In this document: one piece after another, positions 50,869 to 61,159 of the stretch | Numbering within the stretch: the first letter of the stretch is position 1 | Layout of the letters: each line of letters begins with the position of its first letter | Assembly (NCBI RefSeq): GCF_902713615.1 | Contig: NC_052172.1 | Location: 6,491,337-6,555,336, forward strand | From: Scyliorhinus canicula | Taxonomy: Eukaryota | Reading direction: 5' to 3' | DNA: 64,000 nt | Notes under the pieces: generated by a model | Seen by the model: the letters and a program-made list of their open reading frames with translations, nothing else | Told to the model about the DNA's origin: nothing | Databases searched by the model: none | Made by a program: the position numbers and the translations under genes

Positions 50869-51357
50869 CAGACTCCAGGCGCAGTAATACACGGCCGAGT
50901 GATCCACCCGCAGGCTGGAGGACTCCAGGGTGAACTCGGAGCCACTCGGTCTCTTGGCGGTGAAACCGTCCACCGGTATCTTCGGATCCACGTCACCGCT
51001 AACCGCAGAGTAAAACATCAACAGCAGATCCTTCCCAGGGTGTTGTCTGTACCAGATCATAGGAGGGTTACTGCTGCCCTGGACACCGCAATGCAGTTCC
51101 ACATTATTCCCGGGAAATTTAGAGACAGCGGCGGGAGTCTGGCGGACAGTCTGCGAGTTCACGTCTGGGGAGTAGACAGGAGAGGAGGAGGTCAGAACCG
51201 GGGTAACCTTGGAGGTGCAGAAGGAAAGATAGAAAGATAGAAAGAAAACATGAATGCAGGAAAGAAAAACATTAAAGGATCGTTGTTAACAAAAAATATT
51301 GTTGGAAAGGTACCACTCACATTGAAATAAGACCAGGAGAGTCAGTAACACACACAT
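50869..51357 (-). CDS. TRBV: TCR beta-like V gene, family B (V8): leader 51321-51357, V exon 50869-51164
   Basis: Leader MCVLLTLLVLFQ/GTGAGT; open V exon ending YYCAWS. Confidence 0.92.
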
Positions 51358-52737
51358 GTTGTCCGTGCAGACTTTCGAAATGAACTACAACAAGAGCATT
51401 GAGTCTTGTTGGAGCAGACCTGTTTTTTTAAATAATTGAGGAAACGACGAAGACAGAACGGAAGTGATGACGGCCCCGCCCCCTCTAAAGCCCCGCCGCC
51501 CTCAGAAAATCCCACCCCATGATTGGCTGATGGGAACAGGTGGCTCCAAAAGGGGCAGATACTGGTGAAGCGAGTGGGCAAAGCAATGGCAGATGCAGTT
51601 TCATGTGGGGAATTCTGAGTTGTTCTGGGGAAGAGAGAGAGGAATACTTTCTAACTGGTGACTAGTGTGGAAGTCTGGAAATGCAAAGACGTCCCGCTAC
51701 GCAATGCATTAAAAGGAGACAATCATGAACAGGGAGAAGCCATACGGTCGAGGCATCTCTAACCTTTATTTCCTGGGACAGGGAATGGAAAACAGAGGGA
51801 GTTCTTCACCTTCGAGAACCCTGAAAGTTTGTCTGTCGAGCCATTCTTTCAGTTCCGGGCAGATAATGCAGAAAGAATGAATAAATCCTGGAGAGAGTTC
51901 AAAGCAGATTCAACAGAATTACACCTGGCATTAAACTGTGTTCCATCTACAAGTTGTACTGCAGAAACTCACCAAGGCTCCCGAGGCAGCACCTCGTAAC
52001 TCATGACCGTCGAGAAGGAGAAATGTGGCTGATAGTTGTGATCATCATCACCTGGAAGCTCCCCTCCAAGTTACACATCATCGTGACTTGGAAATATTAC
52101 ATCGTTCCTTCACTGTCGCTGGGTCAATATCCTGCAACTCCCTCCCTATCCGCACTATTCGTGTGCCTACACCTCAGGCACTTTAACGGTTCAAGAAGGC
52201 AGCTCACCACCACCTTCTCACTGGCTACTGGGGATGGTCAATAAATGTTGGCCTAGTCAACAACGCTCATGTCCCGTAAATAAATTAAAATATTAAGGTT
52301 GAGGACAGGCTGTGTAATCCTGTCTGCGTTACCTTCAGTTGAATATATTCCTGGGTTAACTGATTGGATGTGCGTTCAAGGATTTGAAGATTTGCCAGTG
52401 GAAACAGAAATAATGTCCTCTGGTCAGTGAAAAGAGGGTAAACCACATTTCAGGAATATCTTTCAGTTGTGACGCAGCAAATATTTTGGGGGGCAAAGTG
52501 TATCAGAAATCTGGGATCATCTCCGGACAAAATGCCGTGGATACTGGGCGACGGATGGGTGGGTGTTACATTGCAAAGCTGAGATTTATAGAATTTTATT
52601 GTGTCAGTGTGCTGAGAAATCAGGGTGGATGGAGGGGTGATCCATATCAGCTGTGCTCGATGATTGGTTGATCAAGCTGCAAGGACTGAATGGTCCCTTC
52701 CTGTTCCTGTATTCCAATGAAACCATACCCCGGGCAC

Positions 52738-52775
52738 TGACGTCATTAATGGTCCTGGCGCGCCCTCTGCTGTCC
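52738..52775 (-). promoter_or_regulatory. CRE palindrome plus CTCF motif
   Basis: TGACGTCA at 52738-52745; GGACAGCAGAGGGCGC (minus strand) at 52760-52775. Confidence 0.55.
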
Positions 52776-52927
52776 AGATGAACAAATAAACATTATTTTC
52801 GTCATCGAAGGAATGACCAATCATTTACTAACACTGTCTCTCACTTTGCTCATGTCCCCCCTTCCCTATCCTTCCTTCTTTTTTTCTATAGTTATTTCCT
52901 TTCCTTCATGGGGGCTGGTCCTTTCGT

Positions 52928-53280
52928 GGGGCAGCACGGTAGCATGGTGGTTAGCATAAATGCTTCACAGCTCCAGGGTCCCAGGTTCGATTCCCGGCTG
53001 GGTCACTGTCTGTGCGGAGTCTGCACGTCCTCCCCGTGTGTGCGTGGGTTTCCTCCGGGTGCTCCGGTTTCCTCCCACAGTCCAAAGATGTGCGGGTTAG
53101 GTGGATTGGCCATGCTAAATTGCCCGTAGTGTCCTAAAAAAAAAGTAAGGTAAGGGGGGGGTTGTTGGGTTACGGGTATAGGGTGGATACGTGGGTTTGA
53201 GTAGGGTGATCATGGCTCGGCATAACATCGAGGGCCGAAGGGCCTGTTCTGTGCTGTACTGTTCTATGTTCTATGTTCAT
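52928..53280 (+). mobile_element. HE1-like V-SINE
   Basis: Complete, young-looking copy with TTCTATG tail. Confidence 0.9.
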
Positions 53281-54474
53281 TTGTGCCTTTCACTTTAATT
53301 TGTGCCAACCTCACTCACCATGAAACCCAGTGGCCAATGCGCATGAAGTTTCGGCACCACTTCATCCAATGGCCGGGTGAATCCTGCCCTCTTGATGGAG
53401 ATTTCCGTTTATTTCTCTCTCACGTGTTTGTCTATCTTCTCCTTCAATGTATCTTCTTGCTCCATCAGAAAGCAAACATCCCTGATATCAAAAACCTGTC
53501 AGTTCTGGTAACCGCCTCCTTTAGGAAAGAGCTGGTTTAGCTCAATGGGCTAGATAGCTGGTTTGTGACGCAGGATTAGGCCAGAAGCGCAGGTTGAATT
53601 CCCGTACCAGCTTACCCAAACAGACGCCGGAATGTGGCGACAAGGGGGCTTTTCGCAGTTACTTCACATTCCTGACAATAAAAGATTATTATTCATTTTC
53701 TTTTTCACTTGCTCTGTCACATTTTTGGGTCTTGTTTGTAGATGAACGTGTGAAGGATTCCCGTTCACTCCAACATACAGTTTCTCGCCAGGAAAGCTGG
53801 AGACAGGAGCCGGGGTCAGACAGTGAGTCTGCGGGTTCCTGTCTGGACAGTGACGGGGGGAGAGGAACATCAGTAATGGGGACTTGCAAGGCAACGGGGG
53901 AAGGAAGATAAAAAGAGTGAAGTGATGCTAAACTCCAGTGCCATCGCCCCTTCCCTGATCCAGGTTCAATCAAGACCAAAGTTACACATAACGAGGCGGA
54001 GTTGGCCCCTTTCTAATTATTGGAGTAAATATGAGAAGGAGGGAGGGTGCGAAGCTCCTCTTTCTGCAAATGAATCCTGAAGTAATCCATATAAACCAAA
54101 AGAAAGTGTTTCAAATGCTCAGCGGGTCTGTTAGCATCTGTGGAGACAGAAACCGTTCACATATCAAGTCTATATGACTCGTATTGAGGACAGTTATATT
54201 ATATTGCACTGGAAACGTTAACGCTGTTTCACCCTCCAGAGTTTTTCCGAATTTTTCTGTTTTTATTTCCCATTTCCTGCCTCCTCTATATTTTAATTTT
54301 TATTTCTTAAACATGTACATGTTCAGAGATTCAGAGTTGAGCGACAGTCGCTTGCAAGACTTGGAACTGATGTGTTGGCGCCACTTCTATTCTCACTTTC
54401 CTCCTTTGTAAAACATAACCAACACAAAGAATCTGGAGCGCTGTTAGAACAACCATATGCTTCCTGTTACCTTC

Positions 54475-54728
54475 GGAGTTTGAACGGTTCCGCTCTCTGT
54501 GTCGCTGTGAACACATCAGATGCTCAAACACCCACCTCAGTGACCCGCCTGCAGGCTGAAGGACGCCAGATTGGACAGTTTGTACAACTGCAGAGTGAAA
54601 GATCATCCTCAGCTCCAACCCCGGGTAATGTCTGTACCAGAACATGTCACCGATAGTGGTTCCCCCACCCTCACACTGCAGTTACACTGTGGAAACTTGA
54701 AGACAGAGGAGGGAGACTGATTGACACT
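54475..54728 (-). pseudogene. Degenerate V pseudogene (type X, copy 2)
   Basis: VNQSPSSVFKFPQ..MFWYRHYPGLELRMIFHSAVVQTVQ; same internal deletion and damaged nonamer as copy 1; heptamer CACAGCG at 54503-54509; 5' end abuts a CR1 3' tail. Confidence 0.82.
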
Positions 54729-55609
54729 ATAAGACCATAAGACCATAAGACATAGGAGCGGAAGTAAGGCCATTCGGCCCATCGAGTCCACTCCACCATT
54801 CAATCATGGTTGATTTCAACTCCATTTACCCGCTCTCTCCCCATAGCCCTTAATTCCTCGAGAAATCAAGAATTTATCAATTTATGTCTTAAAGACACTC
54901 AATGTCCCGGCCTCCACCGCCCTCTGTATAAGACACTGGCTGAGTTTATCCTGAAAATGAGATGGAGACGGGAGGGAGGGGGGGGGGGGTCAGTAAACAG
55001 AGCCATTCTTCTGGAGAATCAGTGGAGGCAGAATGAATAGGAATGATAATGGATACTTGTGATAAAAATTTGCCTTAAAAATGACTCAAATTGAAATGAG
55101 ATCAGGTTACTCAGATATAGATCCTTTAATTTAAACCTGCATTGTAAGAATGAAATACGTCAATAGAAGAAAGCTCGGTCTTGCTGAGAACGAAATCATC
55201 TGGTTTGAAATGATTGAGGAAAAGTAGGAATGACCAAAGGAAGTGATGCAGTTTGGACAACACACCCGTCTCAATCTCACTGAAGCTCCTGCCATCGTTG
55301 TAGGGAAGCAGATGTGGAGGGAGAGTTCCACATTCTCACCACTCTGTGACAAATGATCTTTTCTCTGAATTCTCACTTGGATTTATCAGTGACGAGCTGC
55401 TCTCTGTGCTCTCTGGTTATGAAGTTCCGCACAAGTGAACATGTTTCCCTCCAACACAGTTCACTATTTAAAAAACCTCCCTCAGGTCCGCTCATTCCCT
55501 TCTCGCTCCAACAGAAATGAACCAATTAAAACTTTCCAAATCGTACAAAATCTGCATTCAGTTATCATTCTTGTTACACTCCATATTCACATCCACCAGT
55601 GGTTCAGGA

Positions 55610-56625
55610 ACAAAGAACAAAGAACAATACAGTACAGGAACAGACCCTTCGGCCCTCCAAGCCTGTACCAGTCATAATACCAACCTTTGCAAAACGCTCA
55701 GCACTTCCTTGTGCCATATCCCTCCATACCCATCCTCTCCATGTGCTTGTCAAGATGCCTTTTGAACGCTATTAATGCATCTGCTTCCACAACCTCCACT
55801 GGCAACACGTTGCAGGCACTCACCACCCTGTGCATAAAAAACCTGCTTCGCACATCTCCTCGAAACTTTGCCCCACGGACCATAAACCTTTGCCCCCTGG
55901 TGACTGACTCCTCCACCCTGGGAAAGAGTGCCTGCCCATCCACTCTATCCATGCCCTTCATAATCTGGTAGATCTCTATCACCCCTCAACCTCCGTCTTT
56001 CTAATGAAAACAGTCTGAGTGTATTCAGCCTCTTCACATAGCAAACATCCTCCAGACCAGGCAACCTCCTGGTAAACCGCCTCTGCAGCCTCTCCAAAGC
56101 CTCCACATCGTTCTGGTAGTGCGGCAACCAGAATTGTGCGCAATATTCCAAGTGCGGCCTTACCACTGGAAAGGCGGAGGTTGGGGGGGCGACCTGATTG
56201 AGGTCTACAAAATTATGAGGGGCATAGACAGAGTGGATAGGGAGAGGCGTTTCCCCAGGGTAGAGGGGTCAATTACTAGGTGGCATAGGTTTAAGGTGCG
56301 AGGGACAAGGTTTAGAGTAGATGTACGTGCAAGTTTTTTACACAGAGGGTAGTGGGTGCCTGGAACTCGCTGCTGGAGGAGGTGGTGGAAGCAGGTACGG
56401 TAGTGCAATTTAAGGGGCACCTTGATAAATACATGAATAGGATGGGAATAGAGGGATACAGACCCAGGAAGTGTAGAAGATTTTAGTTTAGACGGGCAGC
56501 ATGGTCAGCACGGGCTAGGAGGGCCGAAGGGCCTGTTCCTGTGCTGTACTTTTCTTTGTTCTTTGTTCTTACCAAGGTTCTATACAACTGTAGCATGACT
56601 TGTCAGTTTTTATCCTCGATGCCCC
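55610..56625 (-). mobile_element. Minus-strand CR1 3' fragment containing a nested plus-strand CR1 (56166-56567)
   Basis: 7-bp target-site duplication CTTACCA at 56159-56165 and 56568-56574. Confidence 0.85.
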
Positions 56626-56748
56626 AATATGTAATAATTCACATTTTATTCTATTTTGTCTCTTTTTCCAATCACACGTTCAATCTACAAAAAATTAAAG
56701 TGTGAGACTGCGGTTTTCTTGCTCACAGCTGCTTCTTGCTGCCTTTGG

Positions 56749-56787
56749 GGTTTTTGTTGAACTTCTCCATCTCTCTGAGTCACTGTG
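56749..56787 (-). other. 23-RSS of V9
   Basis: CACAGTG + 23 bp + ACAAAAACC. Confidence 0.97.
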
Positions 56788-57307
56788 AAGACTCCAGGCG
56801 CAGTAATATACGGCCGAGTGATCCACCCGCAGGCCGGAGGACTCCAGATTGAATTCGTAGTCCTTCGCTCGCTTTGCTGTGAAACTGTTCACAGTACTTG
56901 CTGGATAGACAGTCTTTGCTGGATTGGAGTAAAAGGACAGCTGCAGCTCCATCCCCGGGTATTGTCTGTACCAGAACATGTTGATGCTGCTGCTACTTCC
57001 CTCCACACTGCAGCTCAATCTCAATCTCTCCCCGGGAAATCTGGAGACGGCGGCGGGAGTCTGGCGGATAGTCTGAGACGTCACATCTGAGAAAGAGACA
57101 GGGAGAGGAGATCAGGAGATGGGACCCTCGGTGTGGTGAAGAAACAAGGAGAAAGAGACAAATACAGAGACATAGGAAGAACACAATGGAATGTGAACAA
57201 GAGGCCAGGTGAGGAAGTGGACAGGAAAGCGAGATATTGGATAAGGATTGTTGTTGGGAAAGTTCCTTACGGTGAAACATGATTAACAGAGTCAGCAGCA
57301 GATACAT
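56788..57307 (-). CDS. TRBV: TCR beta-like V gene, family B (V9): leader 57271-57307, V exon 56788-57086
   Basis: Leader MYLLLTLLIMFH/GTAAGG; V exon VTSQTIRQTP..LSC..MFWYRQYPGMELQLSFYS..YYCAWS. Confidence 0.92.
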
Positions 57308-59399
57308 CTTCCACTTCCACTTCGCTTTTGAACAATCTTCATCACTGGGAAGACAACACTGAAATTACAATGCTCCTCCTCCTCACTGATTGATTGACAG
57401 CCCAGCCCCGCCCACTCAGAGTTCAGCCCCGCCCTATCACATTATCAGCCCCGCCCCCTACTCTCTGAAGGGTTGATGTGGAGCTGTCAGCAATAGGAAG
57501 TTGACACATTGAGGGGCTGGGGATAGAGGGAAATGTGGAGGAGGGTTCACAGTTCAGAGGCACCAGAACAACCCCGGGGCTGAGAGGTGAATCCAGAAGT
57601 CAGGCTGCATAAACCTCGCTTCCAGTCCCTTAAATGTAGAATGCGGAGGGTGGATTAATTAAACTGCTCCAGATTAGAAATTAAGCATTTGAGAGTGTCT
57701 GAGAGAGAAACTGGCCCCTCTGCCGGGAGGGCACCTGAGCCTGTTGGAATAATCTCAAATTAGAGTTCAGACCAATTCGAGTTGATAATTTTGGAGCACA
57801 GAATATTGAGAGGAGATGTTAACAGTTTAGATGCTGAGCGAATCTTTCTCCCTGGGAGCGGAATTGAGATCACGGAAAATGCCTCAGGTAATCAGTTTCC
57901 TGTTTAGACGGAGATGGAGGAATTTCTTCTGTCAAAAGGTGATGAATCTTTGGAATATTCCACCTCAGGGAACAATGGCTGGTTTAGCACAGGGCTAAAT
58001 AGCTGGCTTTCAAAGCAGACCAAGGCAGACCAGCAGCGCGGTTTCAATTCATATACCAGCCTCCCAAAACAGGCGGCGGAATGTGGCAACCAGGGGCTTT
58101 GCACAGTGACTTCATTTCAAGCCGACTTGTGACAATACGCATTTTTCATTTCAATGCGGATTGGGACATTGAATATTGAGTCAGATTGGTGACCTGCGGA
58201 GGAAATGCGGGAGGGTGATGGTGGGGTTAGGTACAGCTGGTGGTAGAGATGAGGAACTTGGACGTTGGGCTAGAGTGATGAACTGATAAAGGAGTCAGAG
58301 TCATTGGCGGGGATGGGGGGGGGGGGGGGCGTTGATGCTGAAAAGCGGTTTTACAGCCAATATCTAATTAGTCACGACTTTATTCAATGGCACAGCAGAT
58401 TAGAGGGGCCGAATGATCTCTTCCTCCTCCTGCTGTTGTTCTGACATCTGAATGGATAAAGCCTCCCGTGCCAGTATCTAGTTTATATTTTCCCTGGACA
58501 GGTTAGATTCTGTCCAAGTTAAAAGTCTAAGTTGTGACCTATTATTACAATCCCAGTAGAACCTGATTATTGAAATAGAAACAGGAATTTCCCAATGACA
58601 GCTGGAATGTGTCACATCACAAGAATTCACATTTTACGGTTTTGACTCTGACAAACTACTAAAATCAAGAGAGTAAACATTAATAGGTAAATACTTAGCT
58701 AAATCTTGAATGTTAGCTAAATACTGGACATCTTGGGAATGTAAAAAACAATAAGACTAATAGACTACAGAAAAGGCTGTTTCTCATTAACCAAATAATT
58801 GAAACTCTGACATTCTGTTGTACCTCAAATTAAAGGATATAAATGAGGAAGAATTGGGGTGCCGGCCCCCAAATCAAGCGACGGAATCTTCAAGTTGGAC
58901 CCGGGCTGATCAATCACTGCAGATATTTATTGACACAAACTGGAAACGTGGAACTGGCTCTGTCTGGAGTGAACGGGAGCTTTAACACAATCTGTCATTG
59001 AGTGTTCCTGAACCAGGACATGGAGATTTAGGGAGAAAGGCGGGATGATAGGGCTCAGAAACAGAGCGGCCATGATCTCAGTCAATGGTTGAACATTCCC
59101 AAGATACTGAATCTGCTCCTGCGCAGAATAGAAGGGCTGAATGGCCTCCGACTGCTCCTGCGAAACAACTTCAGGGGATGGTGAATGACCTAGTGCTTGG
59201 CAGAGGGAGGAATGGTTTCCTGCTGTTCCTGAATTGAAAATGCAAGGATTCTTAAAGAAAGATCTAACCCTAGCTTGCGGGGCTCACAGGAAGTGAATTG
59301 TCTCCTCCTGCCCCCGTGTCCTTGTTAATCTCTGCACCCGACACTGCTCTCTTTCATGGTCCTCGAGCGCCGCCTGCTGTTAGTCTGGAGAAAAATGCA

Positions 59400-60420
59400 T
59401 TTAGTGGATAAAGAACAAAGAACAATAAAAAGTGCAGCACATGAAAAGGCCCTTCGGCCCATGGGCCAACCATCCTGCCGGTCTAACCTAAAAACATTTA
59501 CACTTCGTATCCCTCTATTCGTATCCTATTCATGTATTTGTCAAGTTGCCCCTTAAACGTCACTATCGTACCTGCTTCCACCACCTCTTCCGGCAGCGGG
59601 TACCAGGCACCCACTACCCTCTGTGTAAAAAACTTTCCTCTCACATCTCCTCTAAATTTTGTTCCTCGCACCTTAAACATATGTCCTATCATAATTGATT
59701 CTTCCACCCTGGGAAACATCTTCTTTGTCTCCACTCTGGCCATGCCCCTCATCAAAGCAAATTACTGCAGATGCTGGACCCTGAAAGGAAAGAGAAAATG
59801 CTGGTCTATCTCAGCAGGTCTTGCAGCATCTGTAGGGAGAGAGATGAGCCAACGTTTTGACTCCAATGACTTTGACAAAGAGTCATTGGACTCGAAACAT
59901 TAGCTCTTTTCTTTCCCTACAGATGCTGCCAGACCTGCTGAGATTTTTCAACATTTTCTCTTTTGTTTCATGCCTCACATAATTTTGTCGACTTCTATGT
60001 CCCAGCCGATGAAGACAACCATGTCATATGCCTTCAAAACTACCTTCTCCACCTGCATTGCCATTTTCAGTGACCTGTACACTGAGATCCGTCTGCCTGA
60101 CAATACTCGTAAAGATTCTGCAATTTACTGTATATTTCCCACCTGTACTGGCCCTTCCGAAATGTAGTACCTCAGATTTGTCCAGATTAAACTCCATCTG
60201 AGACCTATATGCCCAAGTCTCCAATAGATCTCCATCCTGCTGTATCCTCTGACAGTCTTCATCATTATCTGCAATTCCACCAACCTTTGTGTCATCTGCA
60301 AACTTACTAATCAAACGAGTTACATGTTCCTCCAAATAATTTATATGTGCAACAAACAACAAATATCCCTGCATTGATCCCTGTGGAACACCACGAGTCA
60401 CAGCCCTCCATTCAGAAAAA
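59400..60420 (-). mobile_element. CR1 fragment with a nested hairpin element
   Basis: [28 protein letters not shown] remnants. Confidence 0.85.
59752..59970. repeat. Palindromic ~200-bp hairpin element; related copies at ~9943-10138, 22040-22262, 33270-33475, 54105-54270
   Basis: CTCAGCAGGTCTTGCAGCATCTGTAGGG ... CCCTACAGATGCTGCCAGACCTGCTGAG inverted arms; inner CCAATGACT..AGTCATTGG palindrome. Confidence 0.8.
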
Positions 60421-61159
60421 TTTTGTTTTAATAATGGATTATGTACTTGAGGACATTCAAATGTATCATGACTTAAAATAGTTTTTATATAGCGAAATAA
60501 TAGACGTTTTGAACTTTATTTCATTTCAGCTCAGCATCATTCCTGGAGTCTGCCAGTAGTGGATATTGGGTCTGTTGGTTTGGATGGTGTAAATGTTGGC
60601 ATGAGTTGGCACAATGGCTAGAAGGTGCCATGATTTGGCATTATAGACATGAGGAGAGGGAGGGGTGAAGTGTGCTTGATGGGAGAGGTACAGAGGGTCT
60701 AATATTTGACAAACAATTGGGACAAAGTGCCAGAGAAATAAGGCGGGCCTCTTAAACAGCCAGCTTCAACAATCAGCAATAGTTATGGTTATCTCCAATC
60801 TGCATTTGATGATTACTCCATCCCACACTGGTCTCCTCAGGATGAAGATTCTGCTTTGGTGCACTTTCCTGAGCAAGACAGAGGAGCACCGTTTGACTCT
60901 TTGCTTCTTTTTCAGAATCTTTCTCTCCAACTCCACATGTCTCTGCATCTATTTCCTCCCTGCCTCTTCCAATCTGTCTGTCTGTCTCTCTCTGACTCTC
61001 TGTGTGCCTCACTCCCAGTGTGTATGTGTGCGCGCATGTGTATCTCACCCTCCGTTAGTGTATCTCTCACTCTCTCTATATATCTTTGTCTCTCTCCTTA
61101 TGGGTGCCTATCTGTGCCTACACATTACAAACACCCTGCCACCCCCTCCCCGCCCGCCA

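Noticed and set aside
57713-57726. CTCF-like CCGGCAGAGGGGCC
   Set aside because: It mismatches the conserved GGC core position; too weak to call without a PWM score.
60766-61048. Overlapping short ORFs next to microsatellites
   Set aside because: Low complexity, no recognisable domain or gene structure.
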